Source: Octopus sinensis
Lineage: Eukaryota
Reading direction: 5' to 3'
Length of the DNA stretch: 64,000 nt
Assembly: GCF_006345805.1 (NCBI RefSeq)
Contig: NC_043003.1
Location: 95,976,001-96,040,000 of the forward strand
Under the pieces are notes generated by a model. That model made no database searches. It was not told where the DNA came from and was given only the letters and a program-made list of their open reading frames with translations. Shown one piece after another: positions 25,531 through 39,097 of the stretch. The translations under genes were made by a program, and so were the position numbers. Position 1 is the first letter of the stretch. The number at the start of each line of letters is the position of its first letter.

Positions 25531-27129
25531 TATGTATATATATGTGTGTGTGTGTAAAAATAAAGGTGGAAAAGTGGGTGTTAAAATGATGATGATAATC
25601 ACACACACACACGAGTATGTGTGTGTGTTCATACATCCATTACTTAGATAAATGTTACTAACCCATAACTAAATGCTTTGGATACCTACCCTTTCCAGGG
25701 TAATTGTGTTTGTCACTGTATGAAGAGAAATAGCAGGTAATGAGTGAAACCAATAACATGGTTCATAAAGTAAGTGTCAAATATCATATCACTTGTGTTC
25801 AGATGCATTTTTTAATGAGAGGGTGGCACAGGTCAATTTAGAATGCATTTGTTTCTCTGGTAACAGTAAACACATATAACAAGCTCTGAAGACTTTGAAA
25901 TCAATGGTGTATTGGTGTATTGAACACTTTTTATAATTTTCTGCATTAAAACTAATAAAAATAGTGTTTGCTTGATCATGAAATGAAAAATCATCAACTG
26001 CTCAATACCATATATATATATATAGTAGCAGAGTTACCCGGTGTTGCCTGAGTTACATACAATTGAAGAATTCGACTTTCTGTTATATTTTCTCTAATGA
26101 GCTGGAATACCTATGTTTCGAATTTCATCAAAATTGCAGATGAGGGTTATTTCCCTCTTTACACACCAAAACAAAATTGTAATCATGCCACATGTATCCC
26201 ATACTACCAATTTTTATGTGCATATTCCAAAATTCCAGTCTTATAGAACCTGTTAAAAGGATTTTGCTCCTGAAAAATGGAGGTCATGGAGCTCTAAAAT
26301 GTTCTACATAATTTTACCAGTTTCAGAAAATAGTGTCTAAAAAATTATCTGTATAAGATGCTTGAAGCTAGATTTCGTTTCAAAGCAAAAACAAAGAAAA
26401 AAAATAAAAGTGATGAAGCTGGGCTTAAAATTCCCAAGGGAATTTATGACTAACCAACTTCTGAAGCAAAGTAGCGTCAAAATAAAAAGCATGTGACAAC
26501 AACAACTGTAGCAGCAAACAACAAGAACAACAACATGACCAGCATCTACGGCTACTCTTCAATACAAGTAGCATTACTTGGATTCTTGAAGACAGCTCTA
26601 TTCTGACAAAAATAACTCCAAAATCTTGCAATGCTGAAAATATGTGAAGGTTCTTGTCCTCTCTCAGTCTGTCACCTCTCTCGAGTTCTTTGTAGTTGAT
26701 GTTGCTAAAGACTGACGACATGGTTGAATGGATTCGACTCGTTTGACCTCAGCCTAAAAATAAAAGCCCTTTAAAAATTCTTTCAGTCATATCGGGGTTT
26801 TCTCATTTAGGTTGTTAGGTTCAAAGTTTGACAAGGGAACAAAATGATTTATTTTTATCTTTGATATTTAATGCTCATTGTTAAATGCTTTGATATTTAT
26901 TGCTCATTCGAAATACTAGTCCAGTTTAATAAAAAAAAAAGATTTTGAAAGGAAACATTTAACTATAAATGATTGCAGACCAACCCCGAAATTACCTAAT
27001 TTGCAAAGAAATGTATTCGACAATTTCAGACTAATTTATACAAAAAGGAAATGATATTAAAAGCATTACCTACCGTCATCTTGATGCGGTTAACCATGAA
27101 GATCACTTCAGAGGTGCTTTTTTTTGCTC

Positions 27130-27370
27130 GTAAGTCTAACCCTAGCTGAGGCCAGCACACAAGCTAATATACTTTTAACAGGGGTCTTTAATTTTACTAA
27201 TCTTAGCTGGTCCGAGGATTATATCCAGCCTGGAACTAAGCAACTGAAGTGGAGGGATATGAACCCTTTCCTTGATACAACGAAAGACTTTCCCATACAA
27301 CAAATCATTACCCGTCCAATAGGGGAAAATAACATACTCGACTTTGTCTTTATTCACAATGTTCAGACCA
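27130..27370 (+). mobile_element. LINE apurinic-endonuclease C-terminal fragment (CR1/Jockey-like)
   Basis: ILLTGVFNFTNLSW (GDFN motif) and IQQIITRPIGENNILDFVF (PTR..N.LDLVF motif). Confidence 0.7.
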
Positions 27371-27711
27371 TTCCTACAGCTATTTCCAAACAAAGCATTA
27401 TACAATTATCTGTATATGGTACAAAGAAATAACCAAGTGCACTGATTATCATCAGTATAAATGTGAATTTATAATCTGAGTACAGAAGCTGAAGGTTTTG
27501 AAAAAGATGTCCATAGTTATCCTCTTCCTTTTTGGTTTCCAAAGAAATATTCACATCAGCAGGGCAACTAATCTATACAACAGTACATAACTTCTTTTTG
27601 CCTGTCCCAAATAATATCCAGGCTGTTTTCATTTGGTAGTTTTGTAAGAGTATTCAATCAATATTCCTTGTGTTGATGCTTCTGCATGTATTCAATAAAA
27701 ATTTATATAAT

Positions 27712-28112
27712 AGACGTAGGAGTGGCTGTGTGGTAAGTAGCTTGCTTACCAGCCACATGGTTCTGGGTTCATTCCCACTGCATGGCACCTTGGGCAAGTG
27801 TCTTCTTCTATAGCCTTGGGCCGACCAAAGCCTTGTGAGTGGATTTGGTAGACGGGAACTGAAAGAAGCCTGTCGTATATATGTATATGTATATATATGT
27901 GAGTGTGTGTTTGTGTGTCTGTGTTTGTTGCCCCAACATCGCTTGACAACCGATGCTGGTGTGTTTACATCTCCGTAACTTAGTGGTTTGGCAAAAGAGA
28001 CCGAGTACAAGACTTACAAAGAATAAGTCCTGGGGTTGATTTGGTCGACTAAAGGCGGTGCTCCAGCATGGCCACAGTCAAATGACTGAAACAAGTAAAA
28101 GAGTAAAAGAGT
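27712..28112 (+). mobile_element. tRNA-derived CORE-like SINE, family B (near full length)
   Basis: GGAGTGGCTGTGTGGTAAG A-box, GGGTTCATTCCC B-box, core, internal microsatellite, (AAAAGAGT)n tail. Confidence 0.88.
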
Positions 28113-28699
28113 CTATATAAATGTATATAACAATTTATCCCGTTTTTCTTTTCAGACAACACTGTATATTGTTTTAGCAACAACGTTGTGTCACATAGGT
28201 AGATAGTTCCTCAATGGCATTTTTCAGTAGCTGCAGATCACATATAATGTCTCCCATAGAAATCTAACATAATCGACATTTTTGGTTGCATCTTTGGGTT
28301 CCAAGGGTTTCTCTGTCTCTTTTTATATTTTTTATTGCAATCCCTTGTTTTTGGACTGCAAATTTTTAAGGCATTTGGAGTGAGATGTGGGGTAACAGTC
28401 ACCAGTTCAAGAAAGGCTACACTTCATGTTGATACGAGTGTCATCTTCAAGGTGGTGAACTGGGAAAATGCTTAGTGGCATTTTAATCATTGTTATATTC
28501 TGAGTTAGAATTCTGCCAAGGTCGACTTTGCCTTTCATCCTTTCAGTACCAGTTGAGCACTGAGGGCAATCTAATCAAAATTGCTGGTCTTGTGCCAAAA
28601 CTTGAAAGCAATATCATCTTCAAGTCTTCAGGAAACATACCCATACATAATCCTTTTTCGGTATACTGTGTGTTTTAGGTCTAGATCTTCTTTGAATGA

Positions 28700-28990
28700 G
28701 GTGAGGATGCGAGTGGGCTAGATTAGAAATCCCTATCTTAAAAGGTGTGGTTACTAGGGCAAAAAATGCACACTTTGAAAAGCCAACTCTCATTCTTTTA
28801 TGTGTCTGTCTTCCTCCATCTCTCTCTCTCTCTCTATCTTTCCTCCCTTCCTTTCACTTTCTCTCTATAACGTCGTTTGATAGCGTCTACTATCTTTCCT
28901 CTGCTGCCTTCAATATTTTTACGATTTTTAAACCCTTCGTCGTTATTCTCATTCACTCATTATTACTTTCTCTCTCCCCCTCTCTCTCTC
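28700..28990 (+). repeat. Unclassified repeat, inverted homolog of 31170-31460
   Basis: AAATCCCTATCTTAAA(A)GGTGT(G/T)GTTAC..GGGCAAAAAA(T/C)GCACACTTTG is shared in opposite orientation. Confidence 0.7.
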
Positions 28991-30075
28991 TATCTATATA
29001 TATAGAGAAAGATTCTCATGTAATTCCAGCTGTTTTGGGGTTGTGAGGAAGAGAGTGTTTCCTTATTGGTGAGATATAGGATGTTGTTGTCTTTGCTTTT
29101 CAGCACTAGGTTTGTTTATTTATTTATTTTTGCTGCTGTTGTTTGGCAGGTGCTGTTTGAGAGATACTATAAAGCATTTGAAAGCTGTTTGCACTCATCT
29201 CAATCTTCTACTTCATTCATCTCTTTTTTATGCGGCTAGGTTGACCACGAAAAAGAAAAAAAACTAGAAAAAGAAAAACCCAAAAGAAGAACCAACTCAG
29301 GTGTTTAGCTCTTTAAGGTCCCAGTGTTATAAACACGAAATTTTGCACAAGCAACATATTGAAATATCATTAAAGATTTAGTTTTTGATACCTTTGCTTT
29401 GACAGTCCTTGCCTATATATAGATGATGCACTTAAATCAGTTAGTGGCCATGACACACCTTAAGCTTACTCACTGCAGGAATGTATACTCAACTTCAATG
29501 ATGAAATGCAATGACTTCACTCTACTCAATGATAGCTACTATCATTGATAACATATATCTGTCATGGTCACATGCGAACTTACCCACCTAGTGTAAATAT
29601 CCTTTTTCCTTTGTATGTATCAATGACAGCAGATTGTTTTATTAATAGTAATGTTTTATGTTTGGAACATCATACAGATTTCTGTCTGTACCATGATGTA
29701 TTAACTGGACTACACGCATGGCTATCACATGACGATGTATTAACTGGACTTCACATAGCTGTCACATGACCTTAAAACATGGATGATGCAGAAAACTGAC
29801 CAAAAACTTCCCTTACCTCGACGATCCTCAACTATTCAATCTGTACATTAACTGATAGTGACTTGAGCCACATTCACTCAATGAAAATGAATGAATTTTA
29901 AAACAAGAATCAGAAACAATACAGTTTATGACACAGCTCCCTGGCCCTGGAAACTTACTCTTTTGAAAATCATATGAATGTAAAACTTGTTAAGTGTATA
30001 AATATTAATTTGAATAAATCTTCATGTACATTCTCTACATTCTCTGTGCATTTTAAACTTCTTTATATATTTATA

Positions 30076-30107
30076 CTAGCTTAAGGTGACCCGCTCTACA
30101 CGCGGGT
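30076..30107 (-). mobile_element. Helitron-type 3' terminus
   Basis: Minus strand ACCCGC-GTGTAGA-GCGGGT hairpin, 9 nt, then CTAG followed by T. Confidence 0.6.
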
Positions 30108-31223
30108 GAGGTTGTGGTTGTTACTTTCTGTTGCTTCCTTTCTGGTTTTTATCACCACATTCTCCCTCTTTGTTTCTCTCTCCTTTCTCTCTCACTTTCT
30201 CACTCTCTTATTCTTCATTTCTCTCAGACTCTCCCTCGCTTTCTCTTACTCTCTATCTTTCTCTATCTATGTCTCTCCCATTTATAAATAACAAAAGATC
30301 TTGAGTAAGTTAAGAAAGGAAAATACTTTGAAAGATCAATCATAAATATCAGGCACTGACAATGGAAAGGTCTGCTTCAAGGCAGACAGCAAAACACTAA
30401 CATTTAAAAGGGACAGACGAACTTGTGAGCTGAATAAAGATAAAAAATATTGGAAACCAAAGTTTGAAGGGATAGAATCTGAGGATAGTAGAGTCACCAT
30501 GGCTAGCATTTCTTAACGATGGACAGCAACGTAGTGGCAGTTTAATGGCTGGCATAAAATTTTGAACTTGATGTAAAAGAAAATTCCTAAACAGCAAGTT
30601 TTGAAGTGATTCTTTCTTACAACAGTAGACTCACCATGGCAAGCATTCAAACTTCTTCATCATGGACGGCAACACATTGATGATTTAAAGGCTGGCACAA
30701 ACTTTTTAGCTTGATGTAACAGAGAATTCCTAAAAACCCGCTCCTGTAAATTTTAATCCCCTTCCAGCCCCATTTAGACCTCTTTTCACATTTTGGTTAA
30801 TATAACCTGATTTCATTCAGGTCTACTCGGGCCACATTTTATAAGATGAGGAATTTTGTCCTAGAGGTCACGCCTTTCATTTGAGGAAAAAAATAGTTGC
30901 CATGCAAACTCGCCAGCACTTTTAACATAGGTGTGCATATTTTCAGCACAACTGACCACATAATGCACACATTATATATATATATGTGTGTGTGTACGCA
31001 TTATATATACAAATGTATACAAATTATACATATATATATATATATATAAATACAGATATATACACTTTGTATATATACATTATATATACATATTTATATA
31101 TAGAACACACACACACAAACACATATATAAATTAACCCAATAAATATCTGATTCATAATATTTGTTCTCATGATTGTGTGGTGGTAGTGGCGATAATAAA
31201 ACTCTCTATGAATGCAGACAGAC

Positions 31224-31262
<39 letters not shown>

Positions 31263-31558
31263 CGGTGGGGGAAAGATAGCAGTATGTGTCAAACGTCGTT
31301 ATAGAGAGAAAGTGATGGGAAGGGAGGAAACAGAGAGAGACGGAGGAAGACATGCAGATAAGAGAATGAGAGGACACTTGTCAAAGTGTGCGTTTTTTGC
31401 CCTTGTAACAACACCTTTTAAGATAGGGATTTCTAATCTAGTCCACTCACATCCTCACCTCATTTTACATGTCCCTGTAAATTTTGGAGTCAATCCGACG
31501 GGATCTAGTGCCCTTTAACCAGTTCCAATGCCAAAACCAGACAAACAAACTTTACGCA

Positions 31559-31791
31559 TTTCAACAATATTTTTTGTTTATCAATGGTAAAAGTTTAAAA
31601 TTAGAAAAACATCTTAAAAAGTTTCAATGTTGACAAATTAAAATGTTTCAATGTTGATAAATTAACATGTTCAAAAATTAACATTTTTATTTGTCAACAT
31701 TGAAACATTTTAATTTGTCAACGTTGAAACTTTTAAAGACGTTTTTCTAATTTCTAAATTTATCATTGATAAACAAAAAATATTGTTGAAA
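31559..31791. mobile_element. 233-bp foldback/MITE-like palindrome
   Basis: TTTCAACAATATTTTTTGTTTATCAATG...CATTGATAAACAAAAAATATTGTTGAAA, with pairing continuing nearly to the centre and ~24-bp subrepeats. Confidence 0.8.
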
Positions 31792-32012
31792 CTAGTTTGG
31801 TATATGTGTAAATAAATGTATTTTAAACATTTACAAGTTTTTGAAATTTAGGTGCATTTTCAACAACACATTTTCCCATATTTTTTCCTGTGTCGAAACA
31901 CCACCCCATCTTTTGTTATATTTCTGCTGCTTTTAAATAAAGCATATTACTCTACCTCTGGTATTTGAGTACTCTTTTTCTCAACTTGTTTCACATTTAT
32001 GTGCTTACTCCG

Positions 32013-32052
<40 letters not shown>

Positions 32053-32419
32053 TGATGAAAATGGTAAGACAACAAAAGAATGAAAGAGACCTCGATATTA
32101 TGTAAATAGAGGAATTTATCTGTAAATGTAATATGTGACAATTATTAATTGTCACATATTACATTTACAGATATATATATATATATAAATGATATTTACT
32201 ACATGAACTACGATGAAAAAATATGTGAAAGATATGGTGTATCATTTTTTTTGTGCAAGGGTTCCTTGAGACATGTAATTTACTTTAAGGGTTATGCAAG
32301 GGTAAAATAGTTGAGAAACACTGCTCTAACCACTAAGCCTCCACACCCATACGCACACACATACAAACACAGACACACACACATATTGTTGCTGATAGCA
32401 GCTGTCTGTCATAGGTTAA

Positions 32420-32750
32420 CGTCAACTGTTCCGTACATAATCATCTCTGGGAAGCTTGCATGGGGCTACGAGGCCTGCTTTTGATTTACAGCAGTGATGA
32501 CATCTGCTGCAGGTGAAGTTACTTGACACAGCAGAGAAGTGATGCCTCTCCTGAGCTCCTCCATATTCCTTCTGTTGTTTCTTCTCAGTGGCTAGAATTA
32601 CAAGCTTTAGCAATCAGTGCCATTCATTGTGCTGGAGGGTGTTCTCCCAGCGTCTGGGGTAATGTTGGAGTTCTTCATATGTCTCTTCAGCACATTCTTG
32701 TATTCCAACCTCTGACCACCATAGCGTCCCCTGCCCTGACATAGTTCAGC
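32420..32750 (-). mobile_element. RTE/BovB-like LINE 3' fragment
   Basis: GRYGGQRLEYKNVLKRHMK..WE..W, then FTCSRCHHCCKSKAGL (C-terminal Cys motif). Confidence 0.7.
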
Positions 32751-33044
32751 ATTAAAAAAACTCCTCCTTTTCACTACCTTATTTTTTACCTCCTTCTTCG
32801 CTAAGGCGGAGGTAAATTTTCAGCTGTGTTTGTTTGTCCATGGACAAGATATCTCAAGAACCACTGGATGGATTCGGATGAAACTTTCAGGAATATTTGG
32901 CCTTGTGACTGGCACAAACTGATTAGGTTTTGGGATCAAACTGGTACTGGACAAAGATTCTGGATTATTTTTTATATTTTCTTTACTTTACATGTATATG
33001 CAAAGTTTTACATAGTGCTCTTAGAGTAGGAAAGATTGTTATTA

Positions 33045-33095
<51 letters not shown>

Positions 33096-33249
33096 CATTA
33101 TTATTATTATTAATGCTAACCACTGATTTGGTAATCAGCATATGATATAAAGCCATAACTCCACCAATTTTAAGTCTATCAACAAACATTTAATAGCAAA
33201 TCACAAAATTGAGGAATAATTAGAAAGAAAAGAAAGCAAGAAAGCAAGC

Positions 33250-33293
<44 letters not shown>

Positions 33294-33729
33294 AAAAAAG
33301 AAGGTAAGAAAGAAAGAAAGAAAAAGAAGGAAAGAAAGATAAAGAAAAAGGAAGATAGAAAGTAAAAGCTATCAAACAATGCAATCAATAATTGGCAAGT
33401 TATTTCAGTTTTTGTAGTTTTGCAAGGATTAACATATGATGCTGTTGTTGTTGATACTGTTGCTAATGTCATTTGTTGAGTAAACAACAAGTCTAAATGG
33501 AGTCCATTCACTGGCTGTTAATTAGTAACAATAAATTATCTGAAAGTAATAGTACAAGGATAAGAACAAGGATGGGATTATTGGACTGTGTGAGAGACAA
33601 CCAATTGAAAGATCCAGAGTTTGTGCTGCATCTGTGTCCAGAAAGCATGGCTATTAAACGGTCGTCTATTTAGCTGTATACAGAGTGCTTTAGCTCGATA
33701 CAAGTAAAAAGTGCACTCAGCTGCAGATA

Positions 33730-33876
33730 GGTGTATATCATCATCATCATCGTCGTCATCATCTTCATCATTGTCGTTGTCATTGTCGTCGTCATCATCA
33801 TCATCACCATCATTGCTATAATCATCATTGTCATCATCATTATCCTCACCATCACCATCACCACCACCACTACCAC

Positions 33877-33908
<32 letters not shown>

Positions 33909-33989
33909 ACACCACCACCACCACCATCATCATCATCGTCGTCGTCGTCATCATCATCATCATCACCACCACCAACACCATCGTCGTCG

Positions 33990-34023
<34 letters not shown>

Positions 34024-34090
34024 TATCATCATCATCATCATCATCATCATATCATCATCATCATCATCATCAGCAACATCGCCATCATCA
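33730..34090. repeat. (CAT/CAC/CGT)n trinucleotide tract
   Basis: Direct reading. It gives the poly-M/I/S ORFs. Confidence 0.95.
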
Positions 34091-34236
34091 TTGTGCTATC
34101 TGACTATCATTTGTTTTTGTCTCTGCAAAACTCTCTAAAAAGAAAATCATTTAATGCTTTAGATGAGTCAAAACCCATTTACATGACATCTTTTTTTCTC
34201 ATCAGTAACTCACTTTTATGCCAATGGAATATTTAA

Positions 34237-34455
34237 CCCTTTAGTGTTCAGATTATTCTATCAAACATAATGCTTATTGATTCCCATTGATTTTAATTAA
34301 TCATGCATTATCTCATATCTTCAAGATCTTGATGGTGTAATTACTTAATGTAGAATAACATTGTAGGGTAGGTGTGAGAGCCTGGATCTGGTCAGTTTGA
34401 ACATAAAACAGATTAACTATTTTGGCCGGATATGGCCGGTTTAAATACTAAAGGG
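34237..34455. mobile_element. Second piggyBac-type MITE family
   Basis: TTAA-CCCTTTAG...CTAAAGGG-TTAA. Confidence 0.75.
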
Positions 34456-34609
34456 TTAAATTGCCTGCTAGGTGGACTAAACAATGGAGATTTTTTAATG
34501 AATAAAGATGAGAGTATGTTTAAAATTTCTAATCCTTTATTGCCCTTAAAAATGCTAAGAACTTTCTGGACAACTTAATGCTATCACCACTGGCACTTTG
34601 TCACTTATG

Positions 34610-34870
34610 ATGAATGGATTCCAATGCAACAACCTGCTTGTGAAATTAACGTGCAAGTGCCTGAGAATTCCATAGACGTGTTTACCCTCAATGTAGTTCC
34701 CTGAGAAATTCAGCGGGACCCAGTGTGTGACAAGACTGGCCCTTTGAAATACAGGTACAACTAATTTTTGCTAGCTGAGCGAACTGAAGAAAATGTGAAA
34801 TAAAGTGTCTTGCTCAAGGATGCAGCACGCCACCAGAAATTGAACTTGTGACCTTACGATCAAGCCACAT
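34610..34870 (-). mobile_element. Degenerate SINE with tail type 2 and a different head
   Basis: GAAATTAACGTGCAAGTG..GAAATACAGGTACAAC is shared with 52540-52670, and the head contains TCCTTGAGCAAGACAC. Confidence 0.65.
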
Positions 34871-35070
34871 TCCTTCACTACCATCACTGTCATAAACATA
34901 ACAACAGCAAACAACACCATCACCACTATTACAACCAAAACAATCACAACTATAGCATTGCCACAACAATTTCTGTCTTAACCCTTTGCCTGTCCATTGC
35001 ATTTTTATAAGTTTATCCATACTTGTGTTCAAACTTTTAGCTAACTCTTGTTTCATATGTCCTGAGTAAT

Positions 35071-35477
35071 ACTCTTTTACTCTTTTACTCTTTTACTTGT
35101 TTCAGTCATTTGACTGTGGCCATACTGGAGCACTGCCTTTTAGTCGAGCAAATTGACCCCAGGACATATTCTTTGTAAGCCTAGTACTTATTCTATCGGT
35201 CTCTTTTGCCGAACCGCTAAGTAGCGGGGGATGTAAACATACCAGCATCGGTTGTCAAGCGATGTTGGAGGACAAACACAAACACACACACACATACATA
35301 CATATATATATTTATGATGGGCTTCTTTCAGTTTCCGTCTACCAAATCCACTCACAAGGCTTTGGTCGGCCTGAGGCTATAGTAGAAGACACTTTCCCAA
35401 GGTGCCACGCAGTGGGACTGAACCTGGAACTGTGTAGTTGGTAAGCAAGCTACTTACCACACAGCCACTCCTGTGCC
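35071..35477 (-). mobile_element. tRNA-derived CORE-like SINE, family B
   Basis: Reverse-complement homolog of 27712-28112. Confidence 0.88.
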
Positions 35478-35887
35478 TATAAAACTTTAAAATATAAAAC
35501 TTTCCTTCCATAGGTCCCACATGGTTGAAAAAACTTGGATATGGGAATCATATATGCTGCATAGTTAGCAGGGAAATATATTCTGTATAATACAGGATGT
35601 ACAGGATAGGCATGTGTAAAATGATACCTTATTACATTGTTACACATGTAGTTGATGTCAGCAGCTTTTTGTTGTTGACCTCTAGTTGGCATCCATAACT
35701 TTAAACAAAATGTGCAAGTAATCATTGCATAATCAGATCAGATGTGGTTTGGCCTAAATGTTAATTTATTTCTAACAAGGCCATACATTTTTTTTAATGG
35801 AAGCTTATACATTATTTACATTATTTACATGACCTGCCTTTTGGATCTCCTGAATATCGAAACCTCTCGTATATATGTATATACATA

Positions 35888-36341
35888 CAACCACCTCCCC
35901 CAGTAGGATGAAGTTAAAATAATAGACAGTGAACACCACTGGAAAATACGAAAACTGAAAGAAGCAGCACATATGCTAGGACACAACAACCTCCTAAGCA
36001 GACTGGGTGCAGACATGAATAGCATATAGGAACTGGTATTAAGGAAGGAGAGGAAAATATTAGATTTATATGCCCTAAAATTCACTCCATAATTGCCCAC
36101 AGGCATAAGAGCATAGGCTACTAACCCCAAGATTTTGAGTTCGATTCCAGGTAGTGACCTTAATAATAATAATAATATCAAAAAATACCTTAGGAATGAG
36201 AACCCAGGTTCAAAATTTCCCCAAGACACCTGATGAAGGCTGGAGGGTATATCAGCAACAAGCAAGATGAGGACAAATATCTGTCAAATATAAATAATGT
36301 AAATAATGTACATAATTTCTCATCTCTTAAATATAGAACTG
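35888..36341 (+). mobile_element. Penelope-like 3' fragment (GIY-YIG C-terminus + 3' UTR)
   Basis: PQ*DEVKIIDSEHHWKIRKLKEAAHMLGHNNLLSR..NSI*ELVL. The UTR holds a tRNA-like segment and a half hammerhead. Confidence 0.7.
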
Positions 36342-37019
36342 TGGAAGCTTATAGTTGATCAGTTTGACCTAGGTTAAAAACTGACATTCATTATATTGTA
36401 ATTTGGAATTATGAGAAAGCAAATTTGATCCCAGAAATTTAAACTTAGGATAGAGAGGGATGAAATGTTATGTAATCAGATCTGGAATAGCAGTGGGTTA
36501 TGATCCTTTCCAGGATATTTGTCTCTAGTGGGTGGAATTGAGGAAATTATTCTCAAACAGGAAATCTGTTGCAGATTCTTCCAAAAATGTGACCTCTACA
36601 AAAAGCACCACGTAATTAGCAGGTGTTGGTATTAAACCAAGTGACAGGTCAAGGTGATACAACTAAATTCTTTATTGAGTTTAACATTTTTGCCATGGCC
36701 TCTGCTCCATGGAGCTGACCAGTCTCACACTGCCACTACTAAGACACCCCACTGCTACATGTTTCTTTCTCTCACTTATAATACTTGTTGCATCCAATCC
36801 CCTTTCCCTACACTAACCTTCTCCAAAAGATGGTCAGTGCAGGGAAAAGAAGTTTGGCTGCGATCCTTCATACTGAGGACATAAGCACTCTAGAATCTTT
36901 TCTCTGTACTTGTCTGGATGCTGGTGTTGACCTACAACAGTTTCCATGGAAACATTTAATGGCACCAACCACTGTGATCTTTATTATTATTATGGCCAGG
37001 TTCCAACCTGAACAGCAGT

Positions 37020-37310
37020 AACAAAATCCACCTGCAAACACTTCTCAGTCCATCATTGCTGCTTCAAGGTCTTGGATACATTCCAGGCCAGTGTCTGCAA
37101 TCAAGTTGTTGATGTGTGACAACATTTTCTTCTGACATCACCATGAAGTAGCTTCTACAAGACTAATTTGGGAGCTTCTAGCGTGGTGCATGCAGTGACC
37201 AGTTAGTCACAGCTGTCTTTGCCCAATCTTCTCACCAACTTTCAATAGGTTTCCATAAAAGCATTCAGTGGTCTTGGAGCGCCTGAAAGGGTTATGGACT
37301 CTGCCCTTTC
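37020..37310 (-). mobile_element. RTE (Expander-like) C-terminal remnant
   Basis: LTGHCMHH...SHINNLIADTGLECIQDLEAAMMD in a disrupted frame. Confidence 0.55.
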
Positions 37311-38684
37311 CTCCAGATTCAATAAGTAAAAATAGATAAATAAATAAATAAGTAAAAAATAAAAAAAACAACAACTATACTGACAATATTATTATAGTTT
37401 TAGACAATTCCCTTGATATTTTAGTTCCATAAAGGAACAAGCCCAAAACATATCAGTAATCTACTTACTTTGCAATAGAACTAAATTCTCTTCTTATAAA
37501 GCTTGCAATAAATTTTTAACATTATCACATAATTTAAGTTGGCATTTTCTTCAGCTGGATTATTATTATTATTGTTGTTGTTGTTGTTGTTGTTGTTGTT
37601 CTTATTGGTGTTGTTGTTATATCGTATTATTTTAATTTATGTATTTATTTTTGTTTATCATTGTAGTGCTGTGAAATAATCAGCTTTAAGACGTCAGCAT
37701 ATTTTGCAGTTATACCTTCATCTTCATGGATATATCTTCATAATCGATTAAAAAATAAAACAAAACCGATTTTTGAAGTTTTATAAACTTCTATCGCAAA
37801 AAAAAAAAAAAGAAAAAGAAAAAAAAATTGTGAATTATTGATATCTTAATTTTTTAAAAATTGTAAAACATTGTTTTGAATATAACATCATCATCATCAT
37901 CATCATTATCATCACCATCATCATTGCCACCATCTCAACACCATTTTAAAATTTGTTTTTCTATTCTATATCATACACAGACACACACACATGCATATAT
38001 ATGTGCACATTGTATGCATACATCACATACATCATATACATCACATACACATGTGTGCTTGTTTTTCTTTATATACAAGTATATACACACAAATATGCGG
38101 ACACATACACACATAGAGACAGAGAAATATACACACAACATACATACTTGTGTGTGTGTGTGTGCATCAGTCTGTTTATGTACATGCATGATGTGGTACA
38201 CACACACACACACACATACACACACACATACAAATATACATACAAACATCCTGATCATACACACATGTGCACACATAGACATGCAAACATTGACATTCAT
38301 ATATGTACTTGTCATATCTATATAAACATTCTAATTGTTTTGTTTTTTTACTTTTCAATTAGAAAGGAAGAGTAAGATTTTAAACCTGTTTTTGATAATT
38401 TAAATTTACAGTGATTTTTCATTCATCCTATTTTCATTTTTAAATTGAAATGTTTTAATAAAAGAGAAATTTTTCTATTTGTTTTCAACATGGAACCTTA
38501 TCACTAGGAAACAATTATTTATTTTTCTAATGACAAGATATGTATGGCGTTACAGGCAATCATTCAATTTACTTCTGCGTCCTTTAGCTCAAGCATGGGC
38601 AACCTTTGTCAAGAAACAGGTTGCATGAGTCATAGCTCATCATCAGGTAAGCTGCACTATTAAAACAAAAATTGAAGGTATTTG

Positions 38685-39048
38685 TTGTGGCCAAAGCCTG
38701 TGTTGTGTAACTAGCACCCATGCTACTGGTACATAAAAAGCACCTTTCGAATGTTGGACCTCACAGAGGCAATGACAAATGACTGCGAGCTTTGGCAATA
38801 TGCTGTGCTTGGGAAGAAAACCCATCAAACCAAGTGAAATTGTAGTCATGGCAGATACTGGTGTAATGCAACTGGCACTCATGGTAGTCGCACGTAAAAG
38901 CTACCATTGCACTCTAACAGTGGCTGGCATTAGGAAGGGTATCAAGCCATAGAAACCATGCCAAATCAGGCCAGAGTCTGGTGCCTCTTAGCTTACTGGT
39001 CCTGGTCAAACTGTCCAACCCATGCCTGCATGGACAATGGACATTAAA

Positions 39049-39082
<34 letters not shown>

Positions 39083-39097
39083 GATGATGATGATGAT
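38685..39097 (+). mobile_element. RTE 3'-UTR fragment with (GAT/GGT)n tail
   Basis: GGCATTAGGAAGGGTATCAAGC..CATGGACAATGGACATTAAATGATGAT. Confidence 0.75.

Noticed and set aside
26425-26755. ORF MSSVFSNINYKELERG... with a good minus-strand acceptor at ~26755
   Set aside because: No recognisable domain, no convincing donor, and the C-terminal half is low-complexity.
38588-38646. Possible 59-nt plus-strand exon ending CAG/GTAAGC
   Set aside because: Too short to assess, with no partner exons or recognisable peptide.
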